This document shows positions 9,813 to 20,191 of a DNA stretch of 64,000 nucleotides, piece after piece. Origin of the DNA: an uncultured Gemmatimonadales bacterium (GTDB lineage: Bacteria; Gemmatimonadota; Gemmatimonadetes; Gemmatimonadales; GWC2-71-9). The notes under the pieces are model-generated. The model saw only the letters and a list, made by a program, of their open reading frames with translations. It made no database searches and was not told the origin of the DNA. The number at the start of each line of letters is the position of its first letter. Position 1 is the first letter of the stretch. The DNA is taken from the NCBI GenBank assembly GCA_963748815.1, contig CAVVKJ010000006.1:1-64000 (forward strand), given 5' to 3'. The translations under genes and the position numbers were made by a program.

Positions 9813-12344
9813 GGCCGGGTCGTCCTGACCGTCAGGTCGTCGATCCACATGTACTGATCCCTCGGCGAGCCGTCACCGATGTAGGGGGCCATCACAAAGG
9901 TCCGGAACTGCATCGACGCGTTGACCGCGGTCCGGAAGTAGATGTCGTGACGATCGATGATCAGCGCCCCGTCGAACCAGTACTGCACGACGCCGTTCGG
10001 CTGACCCTTGCCGCCGCTGATGGTGTTCAACTGCCAGTAGCTCTCGACATGATGCCAGGAACTCTTCGTGGCATCGGTCATGACAATCGTGCCGGCTGGA
10101 AAAGCTTGTAGTTGGTGTACAGCCCACCGCCGTAGTCGAACGCATCCCAGGTCAGGCCAGGTTCGGGACGGCCGTTGTAGCCGCCGATGGCGCGCTGCTC
10201 GGTGACGTTTGTGAGGTCCACCATCAGCTTGGTCGGGTCGATCATCAGGGCGTCCTGCATGGACAGGACCGGGGCAATCCCACCCTGACCCGGTACATAG
10301 AGCAACTCGTCGTACAGCGTCAGGTGCGAAATGGAGGGCCCGATGTACCGGTCATCCGCCGTCGTCAGGAAGTGGAACATGTGCGGATGATAGTTGACCG
10401 GTTCGAGCCGATCCAGTTGGTGCTCAGCTTCACCCAGTACGAGAGGTACACCGAATTGCTGGGCGCGAAATCCACCCGCGAGGAGCCCTGCGGCGCCGTC
10501 ATGCCGCTCGTCCAGTGCCACTGCAGTGCCTTGGCTGCCGGAGCTCCCGGGCCGAGCATCGGTGGCAATCGAGATGGACGTGGCGTCGAACCACCCGCGA
10601 CTGGAAATGTTCGCGTCCTCGAACCCCTCCGTGAGCAGGGTGGTGCCGGCCCCCCGCCCGTCGAGGTCAGCGTCACCGCGCTGGTATCCGCCAGCGTGCC
10701 GCCCTGCTGGGTGGCGATGACCCGGAAGGTGCCGGCCGTGCTCCCTGCGGTGTAGAGCCCGCCGGACGTGATGCGTGCCGCCGGTGGCGCTGTAGGTGAC
10801 CGCCGGGGCCGTCGTGGCGCCGTTGCTCCACTGGCCGCTCACGCTGAACTGCTGGGTGGCGCCGGTATTGAGCGAGGCACTGGATGGCGTGAGGATGACC
10901 GCCTGGAGCACCGGCGGCGCCGCGGTGAGGGTGATCGTGCTGGTGTCCGCCAGCGTGCCGCCCTGCTGCATGGCGATGACCCGGAAGGTGCCCGCCGTAC
11001 TGCCGGCGGTGTAGAGCCCGCCCGAAGTGACGCGTGCCGCCGGTGGCGGTGTAGGTCACCGCCGGGGCCGTGGTGGCGCCGTTGCTCCACTGCCCGCTCA
11101 CGCTGAACTGCTGGGTGGCGCCGGTGGTGAGGGACGCGCTCGAGGGCGTCAGGATCACGGCCTGGAGGACCGGCGGCGTCGTGCTGAGCGTGACGACCGT
11201 GCTGGTGTCCGCCAGCGTGCCGCCCTGCTGCATGGCGATGACCCGGAAGCTGCCCGCGGTACTGCCGGCGGTGTAGAGCCCACTGGAGTTGACGGTGCCG
11301 CCGGTGGCGCTGTAGGTGACCGCCGGCGCCGTGGTGGCGCCGTTGCTCCATTGACCGCTCACGCTGAACTGCTGGGTGGCGCCCGTCGCGAGCGAGGCGC
11401 TGGACGGCGTGAGAATGACCGCCTGCAGTACCGGCGGCACGGTGCTGAGCGTGACGATGCTGGTGTCCGCCAGCGTCCCGCCCTGTTGCCTGGCGATGAC
11501 CCGGAAGGTGCCCGCGGTGCTGCCGGCGGTGTAGAGCCCGCCGGTGTTGATCGGTGCCCGCCGGTGGCGCTGTAGGTCACCGCCGGGGCCGTCGTGGCGC
11601 CGTTGCTCCACTGCCCGCTCACGCTGAACTGCTGCGTGGCGCCGGTGTCGAGAGAGGCGCTGGACGGCGTCAGGATGACCGCCTGCAGCACCGGCGGGGA
11701 TGCCGTGATGGTCACGCTGGCCGTGTCGGCGAGGGTGCCGCCCTGCAAGGTGCGCGATGACCCGGAAGGTGCCGGCGGTGTTGCCCGCGGAATAGTTACC
11801 GCCGCTCGTGATGCTGCCGCCGGTGGCGGTCCAGGAGACCCCGGGGACCAGCGTGGTGCCGTTGGACCGGGTGGCGAGCGCGGTGAAAGTCTGCGCTGCC
11901 CCCGGTGGCAACACTCGCCGAACCCGGGGACACGCTCAAGGCGACGATGGGCGACCGCACCTTGACCGGACGGGACCGGGACAGTCCGACGCTCGAGAGC
12001 GCCGCGGTGACGGCGAAGTCGCCCTCGACGGTGCCTGCAGTATAGACACCGCTCGCGTCAATCGTGCCGCCAGTCGCGCTCCAGTCGACGGCCGGCACGG
12101 AGGTGCCGCCGTCCTGGTGAACCGCGACTCGCGCTAAACGCCGCGGCTGTGCCGGTGTTTACCGTGGCCGAGTCGGGAGAGACGCTGAGTTGCGTAATGG
12201 GAGCAAGCATCCTCGGGCCCGAGGCCGGCCTTCGGCTCACCAGGGGCGCAGGAGGCGATGAATGCGGCAAATCCGAGCGCGGTCAGCGTCCGCGGGCTCG
12301 GATTCGGGATGGCAGACTGGAGAAGTCGAAACGAAAGAATTCAC
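9809..12344 (-). CDS. Surface lipoprotein C: lipobox, 2 divergent plus 4 canonical Ig-like repeats, different jelly-roll-like tip; frameshifted, start approximate
   Basis: LTALGFAAFIASC lipobox near 12250-12290. Repeat cores at about 10828, 11087, 11348 and 11608. Tip TEGFED...VYLSYWVK...WHHVESYWQLNT...NGVVQYWFDG...QYMWIDDLTV. Confidence 0.8.
10680..11720 (-). repeat. Intragenic tandem repeat, 4 units of about 260 bp, same family as in lipoprotein A
   Basis: Same VLQAVILTPSSASL...SGQWSNGATTAPAVTYSATGG unit. Confidence 0.9.
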
Positions 12345-12423
12345 TGCAGCCAAATCACTCAAAGCACCACATCACGCCCAACCAAACCCCCACCACCCCC
12401 ACCACTTGGGCAACCACACGAAA

Positions 12424-12439
12424 GGCAAACCCCGCGCCG
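12424..12439 (-). promoter_or_regulatory. Putative sigma54 promoter of the lipoprotein C-B unit
   Basis: Minus strand CGGCGCGGGGTTTGCC = GG-N10-GC, close to TGGCACG-N4-TTGC. Confidence 0.6.
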
Positions 12440-12544
12440 AAACCGACGTGAATCGGCCCAAGGATAATCAGTTGTCCCGCAATACGTTAGGTGGCAGGCT
12501 GAAAGCGCTTGCACCCCCGCAACCAGCGCCAACCGGAGGCGGGC

Positions 12545-13721
12545 TCAGAACACGGGAACTCTTGCGCTCCGCACGAATCGATGAGTGGGCACCGTCACCA
12601 GTCGCTCGGCCAGCAGGCGCGCCCCGGGGAATTCCTCCTCCGGAGTTCAGCCGCCGAGCTCCAAACCCATCGAGATCGGCCAGGGACCGTGGATACCCAC
12701 GCATGACACCCGAGAGCGACATGATAATCGGTCAGTACCGTAGTCGCCGTGCGCTGGAGCACAATCGGGAAGCGCAGCCAGCCCGCGGTCCACCCGGTCG
12801 GCACTGCGACCGGGCTCCCGCCGATCACCTGTTCGCCGAGCCGGGCCGCCCGGGCTCGCCTCCGGAGCACCTCGGCGGAACCAGCGGCAGAGTCCGCCCA
12901 AGCACCCCCGCCGCCAGCGGCGTAATCCCGCCGACCGGATGGGGCGCGCGGTAGTGCGTCTCCCCAAGCCCGAGGAAGGGGAGCGAAGCCGGAATCCAGT
13001 AGAGCGCAGGGCCGGCCGAAGAGCCACTGGGCCGTCAGGAGGAGGTAGTCCCGGGCTGAGCCGCGCGGCTGTCGCGGACCGCTCCGCGGCCTGCCAGCAG
13101 CCGCGCAGCGTTCCTCAGCAGAGCTCGTCGTTGACGAGCAACGCCCCGCCCTTCCCGCCGGTGACCCCCTTGCCGCGCCCGAAACTCAGCACCCCGAGGG
13201 CGCCGTGGGCGCCTGCCGGCCTCCCCGCCATTCGCATCCCGAGCCCTGCGCGGCATCCTCGATCAGGATGGCGCCGAACTCGGCGGCCAGCGCCTGCACG
13301 GCGGCGAGGTCGGCCGGTACGCCGTAGAGGTGCGCCACGACGACGCTGCGCGCCCCGGCCTCGAAGCGCCCGCCGCAGCGAGGGGAGGTCGGGAGAGAGC
13401 GTGCGAGGATCGACGTCGTACAGGAGGAAGGGGATCCCTGCCCCGTCGGCCGCGGTGGCCACGTCATAGCAGCAGTAGGCAGGCAGGGCCACCGGAGCGC
13501 CGGTCGCGCGCGTGGACCGCCTGGAGCGCGCAGCGGTCAGCGCGGAGGTGCCGCTGTCGGTCAGGTAGAGCTCGCGCGGCGCGTACTGCGCTGCGCAGCA
13601 TCGCGTCGAGCCCTTGCCTGGCGGCCGGTGCCCGTCGGTCGAGCCAGGCGGCCCGAAACCCCGAGAGCAGCGCCCCGAGCGTGAGCGGCGACCAGGCCGG
13701 GGGCTGACGGAACAACCTCAC
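12545..13721 (-). CDS. DegT/DnrJ/EryC1/StrS-like PLP aminotransferase; frameshifted
   Basis: LPAYCCYDVA, VVVAHLYGVP, ILIEDAAQG, VLSFGRGKGVTGGKGGALL; GTGA overlap with the upstream gene. Confidence 0.8.
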
Positions 13722-14747
13722 GGAATCAGCCGCACGATGCGCGGCCCGAGCGCGGTCGCGACCGGAGCGGGCAGATGCTTCCAGAGCCGCGGTCCCCAGC
13801 TGAACGCCCCCTGGTCGGGCGACGGCGTGCTGGCCGGCGGCCCCACCGCCGTGTGCTGGTACCACCAGAGCGGCTCGTCGCGCCCTCCCCACTGCAGCTT
13901 GTAGCGATGGGTGCCGCTTCCCGGCGTGCACCGCCCGAAGTTGAAGCGGGTGCATCCCTCGGCGATGGCGCGCTCCATGAACGCCCGGTAGAGCCCCATG
14001 TTGGCGGAGGTGCGGTTGAACTCGGAGAGGGCGCTGGCCCAGGTCATCTCGAACTCGCTGCCCCAGCGAAATCCGGCCCCGGCCGCGATCGGCTGGCCAC
14101 CCAGCCAGGCGCAGCCGAACCAGGCGTCCTCCGGAAAGACGCGGGCAATCTCCTCAAAGAGCCGGCGCCCCTGCGTCGGGGTGCCGAGGTCGCGCATGTG
14201 ACGGGCAAAGACAGCGAAGAATGGGCTCGACCTGGTCGGCGCCGAAGCGCGTACGTGACCCCTTCCTTTTCCGGGCGGCGGACCTGGCTCCGGAGCTTGG
14301 CAGGAAAGGTCTTCATGAGGGCGTCGGCATCGGCCGGAAGGTCGAGCACCACCGTCACCTTCCGGTGCGACACCGGCAGATCGATCGGGAGTTCCTGCGC
14401 GCTCCGAAGCTCCAGGAGCTTGACCCCGATCGCCGTTGGCGAGCCGGACCGCCTCGGCGACAAGCGCCCGCACGGCCTCCGCGCCCGCCGAGGGGACCGC
14501 CGTAGTTCACGAACGGCATCGAGACGAGGTAGTGCCCAAACAAGGCGCTCCGCACCCGCACCAGCGGCAGGACGCCCGCTCAGCGCGCCCGCATTCCGCG
14601 CGGCGAGATAGATCGTCTCGTGCCCGAGCGCGTCCTGCATGACCTCCCGCCAGCCGTACAGGTGGAAGTGGGTCCACCCCGCCTGTCGCCGCACGAAGGC
14701 ATCCCACTCCTCCGGCGCGCCCCGTCGAACCGCTCGACGACCGTCAC
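13718..14747 (-). CDS. FemAB-like (GNAT-fold) protein of XrtA/PEP-CTERM-type EPS loci; frameshifted
   Basis: [77 protein letters not shown]. Confidence 0.85.
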
Positions 14748-15580
14748 GAGGCCGCCACGGGCGTCACCGACGCAAACCGGAACTCGCGGAGCAATCGCTC
14801 CAGCCTCGGCAGGGTCCGCTCGAGCCCGCGGTAGTGTCGGATCCGGGTGAGCCGATCGCAGTCAATGCGCGGCTGGCCCGGGTCCACCTCCCAGGGATGG
14901 ATGTAGAACATCCCCGCGCTGGCCATTGCGCTCACGAGTCACGAAAGGCCCGGCCGATGATCGCCGTAGGGGAACTGTCGCAGGTAGCCGCCCCCGGCCG
15001 CTGGAATTCGGAATCCCAGAAGGTCGAGCGTCGTCATCGGATATTCCCGGAGCGTGCCCGTCGGCCGAACGATGTCGTACGGAATAGTGGGAGCCGCCGG
15101 CCAACCGTAGCCTGGGCGCCGAATGGGGAAGACGCTCGAGTCGTAGGTGTGGCCGGTTTCGAGGAGGATATCGAAGGCCCATTCCATCCCGGGCAGAATC
15201 GAGAAGCTCGGCGCCCGGAAGCCGAGGACCGGCTGACCCGAAATTTCCTCGAGCCGCGCCTTGGTGCGCGACCACATCCTCCCGAAACTCGGCGGGCGTC
15301 AGCGTCGGCACCCGGCGATGCCACCAACTGTGGCTGGCAATCTCGTGCCCGGCCGCCGCAATGCGGCGCACCAGGTCCGGCTTCCGGTCGGCCAACCACC
15401 CCACGACGAAGAAGGTGCCGGTGGCGCCGTGGCGGGCCAGGAGGTCCAGCAGGAGGTCGGTGCTCGCCTCCACCCGGCTGGGCTGGCGCTCCCAGTCGGC
15501 GCGCGTCCGAGGTAGGGCTCGAACGCGCTGACGTGGAAATGTTCTTCCACATCCACCGAAAACCGATGCTGCAGCGTCAG
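14744..15580 (-). CDS. XrtA-system-type polysaccharide deacetylase (NodB plus DUF3473-like); frameshifted
   Basis: [64 protein letters not shown]. Confidence 0.88.
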
Positions 15581-15705
15581 GGTGAATCTCCTGGTGGGGG
15601 TCGGAGGAGGATCTGGAGTCAAAACTTACCCGTAACGCAGGGGTCGTGCCGTTCGGAGGCGGGGCAGGTCGGCAGCGGGGCAGCGGGGCAGTTCGACCCG
15701 AAAGG

Positions 15706-15747
15706 CTCCCCCTCGCCCGGAAGGAGAGGGGGGCGGGGGGTGAGGGG
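15706..15747 (+). repeat. Palindromic repeat family 2 (CCCCCTC...GAGGGGG...GGGGTGAGG)
   Basis: Related to copies at 26578-26619 and 28128-28175; preceded by GCAGCGGG tandem units at about 15655-15690. Confidence 0.55.
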
Positions 15748-15826
15748 TTCCCTAGCACACGTCTTGCACAGCAGGCTCCGATTGTCGCTTCAAGCCGTGA
15801 GGCACACCCGAAACCATTGGACGCCG

Positions 15827-17063
15827 ATGTCTGCCGCTACCTGCCGCTCCTGCGCCGCCCCCCTGGTCCACTCCTTCGTGGACCTCGGCATGAGCCCGCT
15901 CTGCGAGAGCTTTCTTCGCGCCGACCAGTTGAACTCGATGGAGCCGTTCTACCCGCTGCACGCCTACGTCTGCGATCAGTGCTGGCTGGTGCAGCTCCAT
16001 GAATATGTGAGCGGCGAAGCGATCTTTTCCGACTACGCCTACTTCAGCTCGTACTCCGACAGCTGGGTCAAGCATGCCCAGCGGTACATGGACGCGATGA
16101 TCTCGCGGTTCCACCTCGGCCGCACCAGCCTCGTGTTTGAGGTAGCCAGCAACGATGGGTACCTGCTGCAGCACGCGGTCGCGGCGAAGATTCCCTGCCT
16201 CGGCATCGAGCCGGCCGCCAACATCGCCAAGGTGGCGGTGGAACGGGGGATCCCCACAGTGGTCCACTTTCTCGGCCGCGATACCGCCAAGGCGATCGTG
16301 GCCGAGCATGGCCGCGCCGACCTGGTGGCCGCCAACAACGTCTTTGCGCACGTGCCGGACCTCAACGACTTCACGGCCGGACTCGCCACGCTGCTCGCTC
16401 CCACCGGGCGTCCTGACCATCGAGGTCCCGCACCTCGTGAAACTGGTCTCGGAAAACCAGTTCGATACCATCTACCACGAGCACTTCTGCTACCACTCCC
16501 TCGTGGCGGCCGAACGGGTGTTCGAGCGGCATGGCCTGGTGATCTTCGATGTGGAGGAACTCTCCACGCACGGGGGGTCGCTCCGGTACTTTGTCCGGCA
16601 TGTCAACGACGCCTCCAAGCCCATCGAGGGTCGGGTGGCCGAGCTGCGGAACCGGGAGCGCGCCCTCGGGGTCGAGACCCTGGCCTACTACCGCGACTTC
16701 ACCGCCAAGGTGGAGGAGACCAAGCGCTCACTGCTGACCTTCCTGATCGAGGCGCGGCGGGCGGGCGCCCGCGTGGTGGGGTACGGCGCCCCCGGCAAGG
16801 GGAACACCCTCCTCAATTACTGCGGCATCCGCACCGACCTGCTCGAATACACCGTGGACCGGAGCCCGCACAAGCAGGGGATGTTCCTGCCGGGCACCCA
16901 CATTCCTATCCACCATCCGGACAAGATCCGGCAGGACAAGCCGGACTACGTGCTCTTCCTCCCCTGGAACCTCAAGGACGAACTGGTGTCGCAGCTCGCC
17001 TACGTCCGGGAGTGGGGCGGCAAGTTCGTCGTCCCGATTCCGGAGACGGCGGTGCTGTCTTAG
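15827..17063 (+). CDS. NDP-hexose C-methyltransferase-like protein (Zn-binding N-terminus); one frameshift near 16410
   Basis: CRSC...DLGMSPLCESF...CDQCWLVQL, YAYFSSYS, EVASNDGYLL, ANNVFAHVPD, FDTIYHEH, HGGSLR, GYGAPGKGNTLLNYC. Confidence 0.9.
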
Positions 17064-17186
17064 GCTGAGGTTGCGCCACCCAACTATTGACAGGAACGCG
17101 ATTTAGCCCCATATGAATGGGTGCCGAGGCTCGCGGTGACGCTGGGTGCTCCGGAGCCCGGTTCCGACCTCTTGGGGGAGATCGCC

Positions 17187-17705
17187 ATGTCGAAAGCGAC
17201 TGCACGCGCGGTGAGCACGGGGGTGCTGGGCGGAGTCATGATCGTGCTGTTCGTCACGCAGGGGCTGCTTTTCTGGGCGGGCCTGATCGCGTGGGCAGGA
17301 CTCGTCGCGGCGGGCGGAGACACGACGGCCCTCAAGAAGGGCATCGGGGGTTATGTCCTCGGCGCCGCGCTGGCCTGGGTCGCACTCCTCACGACCCATC
17401 TCATCGTCGTCGAGTCCGACAGTTGGCTCTGGATGCCGCGAATCGGTGCTGCGGTCGCGGTGACACTCTTCGTGCTGGTCCTCGCCTCGAAGATCGACAT
17501 CTTCTCCTCCATTCCCGCCGGCCTCATGGCCTACGGGGCCCTCATCGGCGCGTATTCGATCCCGATCATGCAGCTCGACGGCTGGGCGCGACTCACCGGC
17601 CTGCACCTCTACAACCCGATTATCCAGGTCGTCCTGTCGATGGTCCTCGGCGGGGTGTTCGGGCTGCTTGCGACGCGCTTCGAGGCCGGCTTGAGCAAGG
17701 GGTGA
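17187..17705 (+). CDS. Multi-TM membrane protein, DUF1097-like
   Basis: Hydrophobic throughout; FWAGLIAWA..AAGG, SIPAGLMAYG, SMVLGGVFG; GGGGAG RBS before ATG 17187. Confidence 0.65.
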   Translation: MSKATARAVSTGVLGGVMIVLFVTQGLLFWAGLIAWAGLVAAGGDTTALKKGIGGYVLGAALAWVALLTTHLIVVESDSWLWMPRIGAAVAVTLFVLVLASKIDIFSSIPAGLMAYGALIGAYSIPIMQLDGWARLTGLHLYNPIIQVVLSMVLGGVFGLLATRFEAGLSKG

Positions 17706-17726
17706 AGAAGGGCGGGACGGCCGCGA

Positions 17727-18944
17727 TCACCCCGCGCGGCCGGCCATCCGCTCCGCTATCACGCGACCGATGGCCAGCGACGCGGTGGCCGCCGGCGAAG
17801 GAGCGTTCAGCACGTGGAGTGACCGCTCCCCCTCCACGAACAGAAAGTCGTTCACCAACTCCCCGTTTCGATCCACCGCCTGCGCCCGGACGCCGGATCC
17901 GCCCGCCACGAGGTGCTCGCTCCGCACCGCCGGCACCAATTGCTGCAGGGCATGGACGAAGCGTTCTCTGTTCCAGCTCCGCCCCATTTCCGCCAGGCCG
18001 AGCCGCCAATGCCGCGCGGCGAACCGCCAGAATCCGGGATAGCTGAGCAATTCGGCGGCATCCCGCACGGAGAACGAGCCCGACCGATACCCCTCGCGGT
18101 GCCATGCCAGGACGGCGTTGGGTCCGGCCTCGACGCGGCCGTCGAGACGGGGCGTGAAGTGGACTCCGAGGAAGGGGAAGGCAGGATTCGGAACCGGGTA
18201 GATCGGATGACGAACCAAGGACCTGGCCTCGGGTGCCAATTCGCAATATTCGCCGCGGAAGGGGATGATCTGCACCCCGGGGTCCACACCGGCCAGCCGG
18301 GCGACCCGATCGGCCTGCAGTCCAGCGCAGTTGACGACCGCACCGGCCTCGACGGTGCCTGCAGCGGTCGTGATGACAATGGCACCGTGAGCTGGCCGAA
18401 TGTCGAGGACCCTGGCCCCGGTCCGTACCACACCGCCAGCGCGCTCCAGCACCTTCACGTACGCGCGCGCCACCTCGGCGAAGTCCACCAACCCCGTCTC
18501 GGCCACCAGCAGCGCCGCCACGCCGGAGACCTCGGGCTCGAGTTCGTGGAGCTCCCCGGCGTCCAGCCGCCTGAGGCCGATGAGACCGTTCGCAACACCC
18601 CGCCGTTCGAGTTCTTCCAGGGCGGGTCGCTCCCGCTCAGCCGTGGCCACGACGAGCTTCCCGCTCCGTCGGAACGGCACCCCCTCCCGCTCCAGGAAGG
18701 TGTAGAGCGATTCCCTGCCCTCGTTGCAAAGCCGAGCCCGGAGTGAGCCGGGCTTGTAATAGAGGCCCGCGTGAATCACCCCGCTGTTGTGTCCACTCTG
18801 GTGCGGCGCCACGCGGTCCTCGGCCTCGAGCACCACGACACGGCGGCCGGCCTCGGTGAGCGCCAGGGCCGAGGCGAGTCCGACGAGTCCACCCCCAATC
18901 ACCACAACATCGAATCGAGTCTGGTCCACGAATACGCCCCTCAT
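17727..18944 (-). CDS. lhgO: L-2-hydroxyglutarate oxidase-like FAD oxidoreductase
   Basis: VIGGGLVGLA, HQSGHNSGVIHAGLYYKPGSLRARLC, FPFLGVHFT, GVRAQA, HVLNAPSPAATASLAIG. Start at 18944 or 18929. Confidence 0.88.
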   Translation of the reverse strand: MRGVFVDQTRFDVVVIGGGLVGLASALALTEAGRRVVVLEAEDRVAPHQSGHNSGVIHAGLYYKPGSLRARLCNEGRESLYTFLEREGVPFRRSGKLVVATAERERPALEELERRGVANGLIGLRRLDAGELHELEPEVSGVAALLVAETGLVDFAEVARAYVKVLERAGGVVRTGARVLDIRPAHGAIVITTAAGTVEAGAVVNCAGLQADRVARLAGVDPGVQIIPFRGEYCELAPEARSLVRHPIYPVPNPAFPFLGVHFTPRLDGRVEAGPNAVLAWHREGYRSGSFSVRDAAELLSYPGFWRFAARHWRLGLAEMGRSWNRERFVHALQQLVPAVRSEHLVAGGSGVRAQAVDRNGELVNDFLFVEGERSLHVLNAPSPAATASLAIGRVIAERMAGRAG

Positions 18945-19141
18945 CTGTTGCGTGGCCGCCACTGTTCGGAGTTGGGGGGCCAATCGACCACCCACCAAAA
19001 TCCCGGACTGGCGTGTAAGTTCAATGGAATCAACCATCTTGACGCGAGCCAGGGAAGGCTCTTGAGCACGGCTCTTGCCAAACCTCCCTGGAACGCGCCC
19101 ATCTGCCGCGGGCGCCGCCAACCACTACATGGGGTTTCTGC

Positions 19142-20191
19142 ATGCGCGTACTGGTAACCGGACATAACGGCTACGTCGGCTCGGTCATGACCCAGGTGCT
19201 GCAAAAAGCCGGACACGAGGTGCTGGGCCTCGACACCTATCTGTTCGAGGGCTGCACCATGGGTCCCGAGATGCCCGATGTCCCGGCGCTGCGGATGGAC
19301 CTTCGGGACGTCGAACCCCACCACCTGACGGGGGTGGACGCCGTGGTGCACCTCGCGGCGCTCTGCAACGACCCCCTGGGCGCCATGCACAAGACCACCA
19401 CCTACAATATCAACCGGGAAGCGAGCGTCCGTCTCGCCGAGGCCGCCAAGGCTGCCGGCGTCGAGCGATTCGCGTTCGCATCATCGTGCAGCCTGTACGG
19501 CGTGGCCGGCACCGAGGCGGTGACCGAGGAGTCGCCGTTCAACCCCATCACGGCCTACGGCGAGTCGAAGGTGGAGGCGGAGCACCGGATCTCGCCGCTC
19601 GCGGACGACGACTTCAGCCCGACCTTTCTCCGCAACGCCACGGCCTACGGCCCGAGCCCGCGCCTCCGCGCGGACATCGTGATCAACAACCTGGTAGGCT
19701 ACGCCATCACCACCGGCGAGATCGTCCTCAACAGCGACGGGTCCCCGTGGCGCCCCCTCCTCCATGTCCGCGACATGGCCGAGGCGTTTCTCGCGGTCAT
19801 CGAGGCGCCGCGCGACGTCGTGCACAATCAGGCCTTCAACATCGGCACCACGGCAGAAAATTATCAGGTCAAGGAGCTGGTGCGCCTGGTCCAGGACGCC
19901 GTGCCCGGCACCAAGGCCCGGCTCGGCGAAGAGGCGGGCGCGGATCCTCGCAGCTACAAGGTGGACTGCAGCAAGCTGGCCCGGATGCTCCCGGCCGCCG
20001 TCCCGACCCGCACGGTGCGCCAGGGCATCGAGGAACTGGTCGCCGCCTATCAAGCGCACGGGGTCACGGAGGCTGAGTTCTTCGGCCCCCGGTTCACCCG
20101 GATCAAGCGCATCCAGGCGCTGCAGGCCGACGGCAGGCTGGACGACGAGCTGCGCTGGCGGCAGCTGGCGACCAAGGGAGCGTCGGCATGA
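19142..20191 (+). CDS. NAD-dependent sugar epimerase/dehydratase
   Basis: VLVTGHNGYVG, HLAALCNDP, ASSCSLYG, YGESK (YxxxK), LRNATAYG. Confidence 0.92.
   Translation: MRVLVTGHNGYVGSVMTQVLQKAGHEVLGLDTYLFEGCTMGPEMPDVPALRMDLRDVEPHHLTGVDAVVHLAALCNDPLGAMHKTTTYNINREASVRLAEAAKAAGVERFAFASSCSLYGVAGTEAVTEESPFNPITAYGESKVEAEHRISPLADDDFSPTFLRNATAYGPSPRLRADIVINNLVGYAITTGEIVLNSDGSPWRPLLHVRDMAEAFLAVIEAPRDVVHNQAFNIGTTAENYQVKELVRLVQDAVPGTKARLGEEAGADPRSYKVDCSKLARMLPAAVPTRTVRQGIEELVAAYQAHGVTEAEFFGPRFTRIKRIQALQADGRLDDELRWRQLATKGASA

Noticed and set aside
14639..17068. 809-aa ORF, the 686-aa ORF at 39398 and other long Arg/Gly/Pro-rich ORFs
   Set aside because: Shadow frames typical of high-GC DNA joined to parts of real genes.
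17087..17186. Sigma70 promoter or riboswitch before the DUF1097-like gene
   Set aside because: TTGACA is present but there is no well-spaced -10 box and no recognisable aptamer.
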